Virus record (IMG/VR): IMGVR_UViG_3300025732_000016
Origin: a virus
Taxonomy: Duplodnaviria; Caudoviricetes
Direction: 5' to 3' (one strand)
Length of the DNA: 64,000 nucleotides
Below are positions 30,926 to 41,630 of the stretch, piece after piece. The position numbers and the translations under genes are program-made. Position 1 is the first letter of the stretch. Each line of letters starts with the position of its first letter. Below the pieces are notes generated by a model. It saw only the letters and a program-made list of their open reading frames with translations. It was not told where the DNA came from and made no database searches.

Positions 30926-32079
30926 AGCAAGTCTCCAAGCTCTTTATCATATCGAGCTGAGACTGCTTCGAATGAATACTCATCCCTAATCCGCTTACCA
31001 AGCTCAGTCGCCCACTGTTTCGGAACGACCCGGGATTCAACGAACTTCTTGGCCCTCTTCTTGAAATCTTCCTCCTTCGGCTGCGCCCACCTCGCTCCCT
31101 TGACAAAGATTTCGTTGTCGACCCTGCTCTCAGGAATCTCAGAGAGCGTGTAATCGACTCCAATGTGCTTGCCGAGCCTCATGAAGTCCATGTGACCCGA
31201 CCAATCAGTGCAAATGATAGGGAGATCACACGCAGCAGCCTCAAGAATCGGAAGCCCATAACCCTCTCCCTTTGTCAATGTAAGAAGAGCGTTGATCTTC
31301 TTTGACTTGTAGAGAGAGATGATCTCTTTCGTTGTCATTTCTCCGTTGAGTAAGTGGACTCTTGGGAAGAGACCTTTTCTCACTTCACTCACCAGCGTCT
31401 TGAAGATGTTGGTGAGTTGAGCTCTGTGAATCGAACAGTTAGTTCCCAAGTTAGACTTGATCACAAGAGAGACGTCCTTCCTGTCCTTGAACTCCTCGCA
31501 GAACCACTTCACGGCGTAAAAGATGTTCTTCCTATCAATCTCGGGTCTCATGCCAGTGAGCTGCCCGACCATCAAGAAGTTGGTCATTGTCTCAATTTCT
31601 GGTAGTTCCAACCCATCATTCACAGTGAAGACCTCGTCTGGAAAAGACTCAGGAACGACTCTTGTATCAACACTAAGATTGCCACTCTTCTGAAGAACTT
31701 CCTTGCAGAAAGAAGATGGGACTACGACTCTCTCCATCCTATTGCACGCTTCTACCCACGCTGGATTGCACTTGTCTGTTTCAACGATCGCAGACATTCC
31801 TACGTTAATGGCGCCCTCAACCCTTTGCCACTCATTCGGAAGTTGCAAGGAGATGATAACATCTGGCTGTCTCTGCGGAGACCCCGTCTTTTTCATGATC
31901 TCACTAATCAGTCCATCCTCCGCTTCTGGATTCACATGCCAGCTTGTAATACCCCAGGGCAGAAGATCAACAGTGAGATCAACGTTCTTCGAGTTTAGCC
32001 AGCGAAAGATCTGTCTTGCATGCGTTCCGTAACCAGAAATTGAGAGAGCAGGAGCTCTCAACACGACGCTCTTTCTCAT
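30922..32079 (-). CDS. Glycosyltransferase, GT4-like (GT-B)
   Basis: ISGYGTHARQI N-terminus; RKNI; TKGEGYGLPILEAAACDLPII (EX7E). ATG at 32079 gives an ATGA overlap (ORF track starts at 32121). Confidence 0.88.
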   Translation of the reverse strand: MRKSVVLRAPALSISGYGTHARQIFRWLNSKNVDLTVDLLPWGITSWHVNPEAEDGLISEIMKKTGSPQRQPDVIISLQLPNEWQRVEGAINVGMSAIVETDKCNPAWVEACNRMERVVVPSSFCKEVLQKSGNLSVDTRVVPESFPDEVFTVNDGLELPEIETMTNFLMVGQLTGMRPEIDRKNIFYAVKWFCEEFKDRKDVSLVIKSNLGTNCSIHRAQLTNIFKTLVSEVRKGLFPRVHLLNGEMTTKEIISLYKSKKINALLTLTKGEGYGLPILEAAACDLPIICTDWSGHMDFMRLGKHIGVDYTLSEIPESRVDNEIFVKGARWAQPKEEDFKKRAKKFVESRVVPKQWATELGKRIRDEYSFEAVSARYDKELGDLL

Positions 32080-33350
32080 ATCGACACCACCTTCCAGTTC
32101 CTGGACTTTTTCTTCTTCCACTCATCAATCAAGTTGCCAAGAGTTTCGTGCCACATGTCGATGGTATTTTGAAGGGAGAACTCGCTCTCTACGTAACTCT
32201 TCGCCTTCTCTCCAAGATTCTTTCTCCCCTCTGACCCCATCTCATAGAGCTTCAAGATTCCCTCTGCTACAGTTTCATTGGTAACGTAGTCTTCGTAGAT
32301 GTACGGGACCTGCTGGCTCCCTACGAGAGTTTTCATTTCAACGGGCAATGCGACCCCATTCTCAGTCCCATCCCTATGATCAACGACTTGACGAGTCAAA
32401 CCGCCTGTCTTGAGAGCAACGATTGGCTTACCCACACTCATTGCCTCGAGTGTAGAAAGTCCGAAACCCTCTGCAAAAGAAATGTTTAGAGTAAAATCTG
32501 AGATATTGTAGAGAACATTCATCTTCTGGAACTCTATTCTCTCAGCAGAAAATGTAACGTTGTTCTCTACGCCGAGCATCTTTGAAACTTCGATAAGATT
32601 CGGTCCTTCCTGATCAAGAGGATCAGTGTGCATAAGAAGAGTGGCGTTCTTATGACCGTGTTTGGATTGCAGCTTATCGAGGAACAGTTTCCATGATTCA
32701 ATGACGTCTGCAGGCCTCTTTCTCCTCGCATTGCGATTATTCCAGAAGCCTACAAAATGATCAGCTCTTCCCGGGCCGAGGAGCTGAGTCTTCCAGTTCT
32801 TGACATCTGCTTCTGGCAGAATGTGGAATATCTCAGTGGGGACTGCGTGGGGAATGAAGTTCGTCTTTTCGGGGAACATTGACTTACAGATCTCATATGT
32901 CAGATGTGAGTGGCAGTTGATGAGATCAGTTGCCTCGTACATGTAACGATTGAACTCAGGTGCAGGGTGATTATCCCACACATGCCACCAAGCGATGGGA
33001 CAAACCTGGTGGATCTCGTCCTCCATCTCAAATAACCAAGTGAAGAATCGAGGGTCAGTGAAGATGAGAATTGCGTCTGGTTTCTCAGTCGCTAGAGTTA
33101 CTCGCAGTAGGTTGCGATCTCCGAAGCCATCGATGGGCTTTATGATGAGATCTTCATTCACTGCGATAGTTTCGTAATTTGCGTGCTTTAGTGCAGCGCC
33201 AAACTGGCGGAAGGACCATCCGCCTTTCTGTATGAGACCCGTCAAGAGGTGTCTCGTTTGTGTACCAACTCCGCTCGTTGAGAGAGCGTGGTCAGACAGA
33301 ACTAGTACTTTCTTCTTTTGCAAGTTTGCCTCACGTATGATATCATCCAC
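32076..33350 (-). CDS. Glycosyltransferase, GT4-like (GT-B)
   Basis: LSTSGVGTQTRHL; NRNARRKR; AEGFGLSTLEAMSVGKPIV (EX7E). Confidence 0.9.
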   Translation of the reverse strand: MDDIIREANLQKKKVLVLSDHALSTSGVGTQTRHLLTGLIQKGGWSFRQFGAALKHANYETIAVNEDLIIKPIDGFGDRNLLRVTLATEKPDAILIFTDPRFFTWLFEMEDEIHQVCPIAWWHVWDNHPAPEFNRYMYEATDLINCHSHLTYEICKSMFPEKTNFIPHAVPTEIFHILPEADVKNWKTQLLGPGRADHFVGFWNNRNARRKRPADVIESWKLFLDKLQSKHGHKNATLLMHTDPLDQEGPNLIEVSKMLGVENNVTFSAERIEFQKMNVLYNISDFTLNISFAEGFGLSTLEAMSVGKPIVALKTGGLTRQVVDHRDGTENGVALPVEMKTLVGSQQVPYIYEDYVTNETVAEGILKLYEMGSEGRKNLGEKAKSYVESEFSLQNTIDMWHETLGNLIDEWKKKKSRNWKVVSI

Positions 33351-33371
33351 ACGTGAGGCCAGCAGTTAAGG

Positions 33372-33379
33372 ATAAGTAT
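33372..33379 (-). promoter_or_regulatory. Putative late promoter motif ATACTTAT
   Basis: Motif instance in the gap upstream of the GT4 pair. Confidence 0.42.
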
Positions 33380-34176
33380 TACGGTAGACAGATTCCAGCC
33401 TTGCGATAGTCGCATAAATCGCAGGCGTACTTGTTCTTCATGAACTTGCCACGGCGGACGCCGCTCACCATGTTCTTGACGAGCTTCTCACCCCTCTCCA
33501 TGGGCTTTGGACCGACTGAGATATCATATCGAGCAATCGTAGAACCGGCCTTTGCACCCTTCTTCAACACTACGAATGCGCAGCCAACGTCTCGGCTCTG
33601 TAGATCCAGCTTACGAAGAAGGTAAGACTTGTAGAGCCACAGCTGTGCGAGGACGAGCTCATCTTCCAGCTTCTCCCGACGCCATCCATACGCTGGGCCT
33701 GTCTTCCAGTCGAGAATCCAGATCTTCCACTTGGTCTTCTCCTCGTTGAGAGGAGCCCTGATGACAGAGTCCACAAATCCCTTGAACTTTATGGTCTCTT
33801 CCTCAGGAATGTCCTCATAAAGAGGGAGCTCTGCACCGAGGAGCTCCCAACCAGGATGTTCGTTCTCCAACCAATCTGGGAAATCCGTGAGGATGTTGAG
33901 CGCCCACGTCTTCCACTTCTCGACATCAGGACGATTCTTCGCAGACCAGTCGTCCTCGATGAGTTTCAGGACTGCGGGAATGTCCATTGCCCGAGTCTTC
34001 AGGTAGTTCTCCACTCCGGAGTGCACATGCTTGCCGAAGTCAGCGTGGATCCAATCCTGGTCAGGAAGCTGAACCTTGTCTACATAGGAGAGCTTGTGCT
34101 TCCATCCACAGGAAGTCCAGCAAGCGACTTCAGAGTAAGAGACGTGCGGCTTGCCAGTGGGAAACTCAGAGCTCAT
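33379..34176 (-). CDS. PD-(D/E)XK exonuclease, Cas4/RecB-like with Fe-S cysteines
   Basis: VSYSE..CWTSC, FGKHVH, FKGFVDSVI, ILDWKTG, QLWLY, C-terminal CDLCDYRKAGIC. Confidence 0.87.
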   Translation of the reverse strand: MSSEFPTGKPHVSYSEVACWTSCGWKHKLSYVDKVQLPDQDWIHADFGKHVHSGVENYLKTRAMDIPAVLKLIEDDWSAKNRPDVEKWKTWALNILTDFPDWLENEHPGWELLGAELPLYEDIPEEETIKFKGFVDSVIRAPLNEEKTKWKIWILDWKTGPAYGWRREKLEDELVLAQLWLYKSYLLRKLDLQSRDVGCAFVVLKKGAKAGSTIARYDISVGPKPMERGEKLVKNMVSGVRRGKFMKNKYACDLCDYRKAGICLP

Positions 34177-35266
34177 TTTCCTTCCTTGACTTTTGGAGTG
34201 CTGATCCGATCACTTGATGCATGTCGTAATACTTGTACTCAGAGAGGCGACCGCCAAAGAGAACGTTTGGAGTATTCTCAGCGATGTCTCGATACTTTCG
34301 ATAGATCTCATTATTCTTTTCGTCGCCGATGGGGTAGTATGGGACCGCGTCCCTGTGCCACTCAGCCGGAAACTCCTTTGTCCAGATCGTTCGCGGAGTC
34401 TTCTCGAGGTCCTGCGGTTGGAAGTACTTGTGTTCAGTGATTCGAGTGTAGGGAACTGCTGCGTCAGTGTAGTTCACTACTGCATTGCCTTGATAATCAC
34501 CGTCCTGTGAGGTGTGCTCGAACTGGAGCGTTCGATAGTCAAGCTCACCGTGAACGTAGTCAAAGTACTCATCGATCTTCCCAGTGAACACGACCTTCTT
34601 GGCCATCCCTTCCCACTTCGTCCGATCCTTGAAGAAGTCCTCTCCAAGAGCGAGGTCACATCCCTGGAGGAGACCCTTGAAGATCTCTGTGTAGCCACCT
34701 ATCGGAATGCCCTGGTATCGGTCATTGAAGTAGTTATCGTCAAAGTTCAAGCGGATCGGAAGACGCTTGATGATGGAGGCTGGGAGATCCTTCGGTTCAC
34801 GCATCCATTGCTTTGTCGTGTAACCGTGAATGAACGTCTCGTAGACTTCACGACCTACCTGTGAGAGGATCCACTCTTCAAGATTGCGGGGATTCTCACA
34901 TGGGACTCGGACTTCTTCAAGCTTCTGTCTGGCTTCTTCGGGCGTTGTCACACCCCAGAGCTGGTGAAGAGTCATCAGGTTGATCGGGAACGAGAAGATC
35001 CTTCCTTTGTAGTTCACCTTTGGGCGATTCACATAATCGTTGAAAGCCGTGAACTGATTCACGAACTTCCAAATCTTCTCATCAGATGTGTGGAAGATGT
35101 GTGGTCCATAGACGTGGACATCAACTCCTTCTCTCTTCTCTGTGTAGCAGTTTCCGCCAATGTGCGGACGCTTGTCAATCACGAGGACAGACTTCGCCTT
35201 GCGTCGAGCCTCATGAGCGAAGACAGAACCGAACAGCCCGGAACCAACAATGATGTAGTCGTACAT
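34166..35266 (-). CDS. glf: UDP-galactopyranose mutase
   Basis: YDYIIVGSGLFG FAD motif, HIGGNCY, VHVYGPHIFHT, RYQGIPIGGYT, GRLSEYKYYDMHQVI. Confidence 0.96.
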   Translation of the reverse strand: MYDYIIVGSGLFGSVFAHEARRKAKSVLVIDKRPHIGGNCYTEKREGVDVHVYGPHIFHTSDEKIWKFVNQFTAFNDYVNRPKVNYKGRIFSFPINLMTLHQLWGVTTPEEARQKLEEVRVPCENPRNLEEWILSQVGREVYETFIHGYTTKQWMREPKDLPASIIKRLPIRLNFDDNYFNDRYQGIPIGGYTEIFKGLLQGCDLALGEDFFKDRTKWEGMAKKVVFTGKIDEYFDYVHGELDYRTLQFEHTSQDGDYQGNAVVNYTDAAVPYTRITEHKYFQPQDLEKTPRTIWTKEFPAEWHRDAVPYYPIGDEKNNEIYRKYRDIAENTPNVLFGGRLSEYKYYDMHQVIGSALQKSRKENEL

Positions 35267-35296
35267 AAGACATTGTTGACAATTAGCGCAGATTGT

Positions 35297-35725
35297 TCAA
35301 GGTTCTTGTCTGTCAGCCATCGATCTGTAGATTTTCCTCTTCAAGCCAGTAAGAGAGTACTCATGATCTCGAGAACAGTAGAAGACAGGAATCCCAAGAT
35401 CATCGCCCGTGTACTTCTTCCCGATGTAGTCTGACCCGAGTATCCTAACATCAATGTGATCGGCCCACTGTCTCAGAAGCTCATAGAGTTCCGCTTCAGT
35501 ACAGTATCGCCACACCTCGTCGACGTCTCTCAGTGAAAGCAGAATCTCGGACCTCTCCTCCCATGTCTGGACTGGCTTACACTTATCAGGACGATCCACG
35601 GTCGGGTCGTCCTGCAGTAGAACAATCAACTGATCGCATGCTGTTTCTTTTGACTCTTTGAACATTCGAACATAGCCCGGGTGGATCAAGTCAAAAGACC
35701 CTGCTATCACTCCTCTTCTACTCAT
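35297..35725 (-). CDS. Cytidylyltransferase family (TagD/RfaE-like) nucleotidyltransferase
   Basis: AGSFDLIHPGY (HxGH variant), PVQTWEERSEIL, GSDY, SRDHEYSLTGLK. Confidence 0.85.
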   Translation of the reverse strand: MSRRGVIAGSFDLIHPGYVRMFKESKETACDQLIVLLQDDPTVDRPDKCKPVQTWEERSEILLSLRDVDEVWRYCTEAELYELLRQWADHIDVRILGSDYIGKKYTGDDLGIPVFYCSRDHEYSLTGLKRKIYRSMADRQEP

Positions 35726-36689
35726 TTCTTTTGCTCACTGCTCTACCGACCTGCTTCTCCCAGTCCCTGTCTTCTGGGGGACGGACCTCGAGATTCTTGT
35801 CCCAAGCAGCTTGCATGACAGTGGGCCTCACTCCGCAACCTCTTGCGATGCTTATGAGAGCGTTGATATCCTTCGGAAAACAGTGTCCTCCGAAACCTCT
35901 CACATATCTTCCATCATGCGTAGGTACTGGACCTGGTACGGACCAATGGGTCTCTCCAAGTCTTTGATCGAATTTAGCGTATTCGACGACCTTATCATAG
36001 TCTACGTTGAGACCGTCCTTGTCAAGCTCTTCGCATATTTGAGAAACTTCATTCGCGAACGCGACCTTCACTGCAAGAAGGCAGTTGGTCGTGTACTTCA
36101 CCATCTCTGCTGTGGTAGAGCTCGTCTTGATGATTGGGACTCTTGGGAAAGCTCGCATGAAGATGTTTCTGACAGTGTTGATATACGGTCGCGGCCCTCC
36201 GAGGACTATCCTTCCCTGAGTGCGCATATCATCGAGCGCATTCGCTTCAGTGAGAAACTCCGGATTGAAGACAACGTGAAGATCTAGATCGCTAAATCTC
36301 TTGTTCCACTTCTCAGTTGATCCTGGTGGTACGGTTGACTTTATCACGGCGATTCTTTGTGGGCTGTCAGCCCCGTAGGGAGCTGACGCTATGAGTTCAA
36401 GGACATCTTCGACTATTCTTGTGTCAGGTGATCCGTCCTCATACATGGGAGTAGGAACACAAACAAAGTAAACTCCAGAAAACCCTGAGGTCCCTTCACA
36501 CTCCCTGACAAACTCAGTGATTGAGCTGGGGTACACGACGTCTCTCGTAATTTGTCTTGTAAAACCTGATATGCCTCCGCGAGCAGATTTGCCAATCTTG
36601 TCGTAGACGTAAACTGTTTCGCCCCTTTCTGAGAACACAGTGGTAAGACTACCGCCGACGAATCCCTGTCCGATGACTGCTATACTCAT
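35718..36689 (-). CDS. UDP-glucose/GDP-mannose dehydrogenase family protein lacking the C-terminal UDP-binding domain
   Basis: [43 protein letters not shown]; ends about 45 aa after the catalytic Cys. Confidence 0.88.
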   Translation of the reverse strand: MSIAVIGQGFVGGSLTTVFSERGETVYVYDKIGKSARGGISGFTRQITRDVVYPSSITEFVRECEGTSGFSGVYFVCVPTPMYEDGSPDTRIVEDVLELIASAPYGADSPQRIAVIKSTVPPGSTEKWNKRFSDLDLHVVFNPEFLTEANALDDMRTQGRIVLGGPRPYINTVRNIFMRAFPRVPIIKTSSTTAEMVKYTTNCLLAVKVAFANEVSQICEELDKDGLNVDYDKVVEYAKFDQRLGETHWSVPGPVPTHDGRYVRGFGGHCFPKDINALISIARGCGVRPTVMQAAWDKNLEVRPPEDRDWEKQVGRAVSKRNE

Positions 36690-37666
36690 TTGATCCTCTC
36701 TACCTCGTTGTTGAAATCAGACTCAAACATGAGTCTAGCAAGTTCTGTGAATGTCGTCTTGGGAGACCAGCCAAGGCTCTTTCTTGCTTTCGAGCAGTCT
36801 CCCTCCAACCAAGGGACCTCGTGAGGACGTTTGAGCCTGTCATCGATGACAAGGTGCTTGTCAACATTGAGACCTGCAATGTCGAATACCTCATGCAAAA
36901 ACTCACGCACAGTGTGAGTCTCACCGGTGGCGATCACGTAATCATCAGGCTTGTCCTGCTGGAGCATCATCCACATTGCCTCGACATAGTCCTTGGCGTA
37001 TCCCCAGTCGCGGAGAGCATCGAGATTGCCAAGAGCGATCTTGTCCTGTAGACCGAGCTTGATTCGTGCTGCGGCGAGGGTGATCTTCCTGGTGACGAAT
37101 GTCTCACCTCGACGTGGACTCTCATGGTTGAAGAGAATACCGGAGGAGGCGTGGATGCCGTATCCCTCGCGATAGTTCCTCGTGAGACCGTGAGCAAAGA
37201 CCTTGGCACAGGCGTATGGGGACGCTGGCATGAGACGGGTGGTCTCACTCTGCGGATGCTCTGGATTGTCGCCGTACATCTCAGAGGAGGATGCCTGATA
37301 GAATCGACAACCAGGTTGCATCGTACGGATACACTCAAGAAGACGAAGAGGGCCCATTGCAACTGTGTCTACCGTTTCCTCTGGAACCTCAAAAGACACT
37401 CGAACGTGTGATTGTGCTGCAAGATTGTAGACTTCATCAAACTTCTGGTTTGCGAACAAACGATAGAACGCACCAGAATCGTTCATGGAACCGTAGATTA
37501 GTTGAAAATTTGGGTGAGAGAGAAGATGATCGATTCTGTCAGTTGCAAGGAGTGATGTTCTTCGTTTCACTCCAACGACTCGATAACCTTTCTCGATGAG
37601 AAGCTCGGCAAGGTAGCTTCCATCCTGGCCGGTCACGCCTGTTATGAGAGCAGTCTTCATGCTCAA
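36686..37666 (-). CDS. gmd: GDP-mannose 4,6-dehydratase
   Basis: [68 protein letters not shown]. Confidence 0.97.
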   Translation of the reverse strand: MSMKTALITGVTGQDGSYLAELLIEKGYRVVGVKRRTSLLATDRIDHLLSHPNFQLIYGSMNDSGAFYRLFANQKFDEVYNLAAQSHVRVSFEVPEETVDTVAMGPLRLLECIRTMQPGCRFYQASSSEMYGDNPEHPQSETTRLMPASPYACAKVFAHGLTRNYREGYGIHASSGILFNHESPRRGETFVTRKITLAAARIKLGLQDKIALGNLDALRDWGYAKDYVEAMWMMLQQDKPDDYVIATGETHTVREFLHEVFDIAGLNVDKHLVIDDRLKRPHEVPWLEGDCSKARKSLGWSPKTTFTELARLMFESDFNNEVERIK

Positions 37667-38589
37667 ATGGTAACACCTCGAACACGAGGGTATCTTTCTG
37701 TGAACGCTTTTATTGTCTCTCGAAGTCCATCACGAAGCGGTGTGTACTCACCCTTCCATCCAAGAGAAAGAAGTTTCTCGTTTGATGACGGCTTCTGGTA
37801 CTGGCCATCAGGCTTGCTCTTGTCGAAATTTCCTCCGCCCTCGTAACCGATCTCTTCAGCGATCATATTAGCGAGTGCCATGATAGAGACCTGCTCAGGA
37901 TTCCCGATGTTGATAGGTTCTTCTCCGTCATAGTTCTCGGCTAACCACAGGATGATCTTTGCGGCATCACGAGCAAACGTGAACTCTCTCAGGGGCTTGC
38001 CGCTCCCCCAGATATCGACATGATCGTAACCGTAGATCTTGGCCTCATGAAACTTCCTGATGAGAGCAGGTATCACGTGTCCGCTGTTGAGGTCGTAGTT
38101 GTCATTAGGACCGTAGAGATTATTCGGAATGACAGAGATGAAGTTGCAACCGTGTTGCTGGCGGTAGGCTCGAGTCTGTACTTCCAGCATTCTCTTTGCG
38201 TAGGCGTATCCGAAGTTTGATGGGTGCGGAGGACCCAAGTGAAGCTGGTCCTCCGTCAGAGGATACTTCACGTAGGGAGCGTCTGGGTAGATGCAGGTTG
38301 AGAGGACAGAAACAAGCTTGAGACCAGATTCCTTGCAGGCTCTCATGACATTCATATTCATCTTCATGTTGTCATCAAAGAAGTCTGCTACAAAATCTGT
38401 GTTGGCCTTGACACCGCCAACACGAGCCGCGCAGTGAATGACGGTAGCAGCGTGACCCGGGTCTAGAGATGTGATTACCGAAGCAGACTCTGTGAGATCG
38501 CAATCTTTCGAAGAGATCCCTGTTGAAGAATTGTGAAGGGCAACAATCTCGCTTCCAAGAAGTCCAGTCGAGCCAGTTATCAGATGCAC
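37663..38589 (-). CDS. fcl: GDP-L-fucose synthase
   Basis: [66 protein letters not shown] start at 38589 with a GGGAG RBS (ORF track starts at 38604). Confidence 0.95.
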   Translation of the reverse strand: MHLITGSTGLLGSEIVALHNSSTGISSKDCDLTESASVITSLDPGHAATVIHCAARVGGVKANTDFVADFFDDNMKMNMNVMRACKESGLKLVSVLSTCIYPDAPYVKYPLTEDQLHLGPPHPSNFGYAYAKRMLEVQTRAYRQQHGCNFISVIPNNLYGPNDNYDLNSGHVIPALIRKFHEAKIYGYDHVDIWGSGKPLREFTFARDAAKIILWLAENYDGEEPINIGNPEQVSIMALANMIAEEIGYEGGGNFDKSKPDGQYQKPSSNEKLLSLGWKGEYTPLRDGLRETIKAFTERYPRVRGVTI

Positions 38590-38629
38590 GGTGATCTCCC
38601 ACATTTCGCAAGATACAGAAGTTCAACTC

Positions 38630-39385
38630 TCAGGTATCAACAATCTCTTCGCTATGGAAGAGAAGATCCCAGAAATATTCAAACATCCAGCCGAAACCCT
38701 CACCGTTTGGCATTCCGCCGTACTGCTCCATGACTTTCTCGCTTACCATTGCAGCAGGGTTGTATCCGTGGTTTCCAACGCAGAAGCCTGTGAAGTATTT
38801 GCTGTTGTCAAACTTGTCGAGACATTTGAGATACACGCTTTTCTCATTCTGGAGTATGAGATGCTTTGGCACAGCAAAAAGACCATGTATCCCGACTTTG
38901 TATTTCTTCGGTAAGTCTTTGTCAAAAAGCTCTCTGTAGAGAGAAAGATGGTTACCGTAGAAGAAGTTTACTCTTCGAAAGTTCTCATCGTCAAGCTGCT
39001 CTTGAAAGAACTTGTTCTGCTGTTCTACTTTGTAAGAGAAATTGTGATAATCTCTCTCACCAAGATTCTTGAGCATGCTCAAGAGAGCAGGTTGATGGTC
39101 GAACGGATTCCCTTGAATAAAAGCAGTTGTTTCTGCTAAATTTTCATAATTCTTCACTATGTGATAGAGATACGTGTGAGATTCTCTTCCAACGTTTGGA
39201 AGATCACAGTGCAAGATGCTTCCTTCGCGCCTATAGACTGGTACGCGGTCAAACTCTCTTGCACTCAGTGAATTGTCTTTGTGATACACGAAGACGTTGT
39301 ACTCACTCTCGAGCTCGTGTATCCACCTTGTGTCCTCTCTATAGTGAGCCACTACCAAGTCTTTCTTTTTCAAATTAGCTCTCAC
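38630..39385 (-). CDS. DUF3431-family protein (GT-A-like, function unknown)
   Basis: LVVAHYREDTRWI, LPNVGRESHTYLYHIVKNYENLAETTAFIQGNPFDH. Confidence 0.8.
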   Translation of the reverse strand: MRANLKKKDLVVAHYREDTRWIHELESEYNVFVYHKDNSLSAREFDRVPVYRREGSILHCDLPNVGRESHTYLYHIVKNYENLAETTAFIQGNPFDHQPALLSMLKNLGERDYHNFSYKVEQQNKFFQEQLDDENFRRVNFFYGNHLSLYRELFDKDLPKKYKVGIHGLFAVPKHLILQNEKSVYLKCLDKFDNSKYFTGFCVGNHGYNPAAMVSEKVMEQYGGMPNGEGFGWMFEYFWDLLFHSEEIVDT

Positions 39386-40956
39386 TTTTTTGCGAAGATG
39401 TAATCTTCAACGACAACATAATCGAGCTCTGTGTTGTCAAGAACGTACAGAGCATCTTCTATTGTAGTGAGGATCGGCAATCCGCGAATGTTGAATGACG
39501 TGTTCAAAAGAACCCCATGTCTCGAAATTTTCGAGAACTCTGTAAGAAGTTCATAGAACTTCTTGTGTGAATCGCTAGTGACAGTTTGCAATCTTGAAGT
39601 CCCATCGGCATGAGTGATCGAAGGCAGCAGATTCTTATACTCGTCTTTCACTCTCGGAGCAAAACCCATGTATTCTAGATTGCTGTAGTCTCGAGTCTCA
39701 AAGTATCGTGGAGCATCTTCTAGTTTGCAAAAGGGAGCAAAGGGTCTATACCACTCCCTAAACTTGACCTTTGAGTTCAAGATGTCTTTCATCTCGAGAA
39801 TGCTTGGGTCGCAGACTATACTTCTGTTACCAAGAGCACGAGGTCCAACTTCCGAGTCTCCATACACGAAGCCGATGATCTTACCTTCCTTGAGCAACCT
39901 GGCTGTCTCTGCGGCAGTAGTCTTTCTAGCGCCTCTCCTTTCAACAATTTCACCGAGACTTCCTTTGTCTAGCAAGGGAATACCATTGTAAGTTACGTTA
40001 ACTCTTTCTTGGGGTCTCGTCATCGAGAATAAAGCTCCCAGCGAAAGACCGCAATCATTCGGATTGGGAGGAACAAAAACTTTCACACCAAATTCGTTCC
40101 TGATTCTCTCATTCAAGAGAACATTCAACCCACCACCGCCCGTGATTATGACTGGGTAGTTCGGAAACTTTTTGACAATTTCCGTGAACACGCTGATGAA
40201 CGCTTCTTCAAATGCTTTTTGAGCAGTAGCAGCCAGATCGTAAGCTTCCTGCTTATCAAACTTTGCATTTGCCATGGGGTTCTTCCATGGATCCTCAGAG
40301 TTTAGAAGACTAAGGCCGGTCAACTTTGACAGCTTTTGATAGTCTCTATCAAAGAAGAAGTCTCTGAAGTGTGGGAGAAGACTCTCTCGAGGGGAACCAT
40401 AAGCGCATAGACCCATCATCTTTCCAGCTAAAGAAAGCTGGTGTCTACTCTTTTCGCTTATCTCCTTGAGTATCGATGCGCAAAGAAGGTAACCTCCGCC
40501 AAAATCTGATTTTACGTTCTCTATGAGCTGGACGTTGCTTCTGCTACCATAGTAAATGTTGAAGAATCCGTCACTGCCACCACCATCAAATGAGAAGATA
40601 ATCGATTCATAGAAGGGAGACTGGTAGAAAGCGCTGGTAGCATGACACTCGTGATGCTTTCCAACCATGTAGATATTTTGAGTCTCAAAAACTCTTGAAA
40701 GAATGCTGACATCGTTAATCCCGCCATCAGCTGCAATGGCAACTGCGTCAAACCCGTCAAACTGCCAGTTGTTTATAGCGATGTCCTTACACTGACGTAA
40801 AAGAGACTCAATCTGTTCACCAGAATTGTCGACGTGAAGTCTAAAATAGCGCTTCTTCACCAAGCGCTCAAGTTCAATTACATGATATCTCTGGGTCTTG
40901 GAGTTGTAGAACGAAACGTTCGCGTCGTGACCAGCATAGATGCTTACGATTCTCAT
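39382..40956 (-). CDS. Carbamoyltransferase, NodU/CmcH/TobZ family
   Basis: GHDAN, ELERL..KR, HHECHATSAFYQSPF, FSFDGGG, AGKMMGLCAYG, GGGGLNV, PNDCGLSLG, EVGPRALGNRSI, KFREWYRPFAP, LLNTSFN. Confidence 0.95.
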   Translation of the reverse strand: MRIVSIYAGHDANVSFYNSKTQRYHVIELERLVKKRYFRLHVDNSGEQIESLLRQCKDIAINNWQFDGFDAVAIAADGGINDVSILSRVFETQNIYMVGKHHECHATSAFYQSPFYESIIFSFDGGGSDGFFNIYYGSRSNVQLIENVKSDFGGGYLLCASILKEISEKSRHQLSLAGKMMGLCAYGSPRESLLPHFRDFFFDRDYQKLSKLTGLSLLNSEDPWKNPMANAKFDKQEAYDLAATAQKAFEEAFISVFTEIVKKFPNYPVIITGGGGLNVLLNERIRNEFGVKVFVPPNPNDCGLSLGALFSMTRPQERVNVTYNGIPLLDKGSLGEIVERRGARKTTAAETARLLKEGKIIGFVYGDSEVGPRALGNRSIVCDPSILEMKDILNSKVKFREWYRPFAPFCKLEDAPRYFETRDYSNLEYMGFAPRVKDEYKNLLPSITHADGTSRLQTVTSDSHKKFYELLTEFSKISRHGVLLNTSFNIRGLPILTTIEDALYVLDNTELDYVVVEDYIFAKK

Positions 40957-41630
40957 ACACGCGCCTCCTTCTCGTTGTTTGCAGCTCTAAGAACAAAAAC
41001 ATGGTTCCCCACGCCTCCAGCGTGAGTTTTCCAATTCTCCTTTAGACCGCTTAGGTGTGGAGTTGACTTTTCTACTCTCCAGCCGTTCGACTCAAAGCTG
41101 CGCTTCCACCACGTCTCATCCTCAGCTATCAAATGAGAAACTTCAGTGTGATACTCTGGGATCCTATACGTACCGTTGTCTCCCATAGGGATAACGCACA
41201 GTAAAGAGGGGGCTACTTTAGCAAGCGTCTTGAGCATGTCACTCAGCTGATCTTCTGTTAAGTGCTCGAGCATGTCCTTCACTACAACGTGAGTGTAATC
41301 TCGAGAAGGTCTCTTCTCCCAGTCTTGGCAATTCCAACAACCATCAGGGGCATAAGCGAGTGCATACTCGCTTATGTCACATCCATCAGCCTTGATCTCT
41401 AGTATTCTGAGAGCTTTGACCAGAAACCCCTTCGCGCAACCAACATCAAGAACGTAACTTTTCTCATCGAGCTCTAGATAGTCAGCTATTGCGATTGCTT
41501 CCCTAAGAGTTCGGCGTGGCATCCACCGATAATTCTCTAGCCATCCCTTGCCGGACTCTTTGCCTCTTTCAAAGTAGTCCTCATCATAAAAGTCACCAGT
41601 GAAAGGAGACCTCGAACTTTCATTACTCAT
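40953..41630 (-). CDS. Class I SAM-dependent methyltransferase
   Basis: FYDEDYFE, VLDVGCAKGFLV, GCDISEYA, DMLEHL. Confidence 0.9.
   Translation of the reverse strand: MSNESSRSPFTGDFYDEDYFERGKESGKGWLENYRWMPRRTLREAIAIADYLELDEKSYVLDVGCAKGFLVKALRILEIKADGCDISEYALAYAPDGCWNCQDWEKRPSRDYTHVVVKDMLEHLTEDQLSDMLKTLAKVAPSLLCVIPMGDNGTYRIPEYHTEVSHLIAEDETWWKRSFESNGWRVEKSTPHLSGLKENWKTHAGGVGNHVFVLRAANNEKEARV

Noticed and set aside
33379-34176. Possible CRISPR-Cas locus suggested by the Cas4-like gene
   Set aside because: No repeat-spacer array or other cas gene seen; the intergenic gaps are too short.
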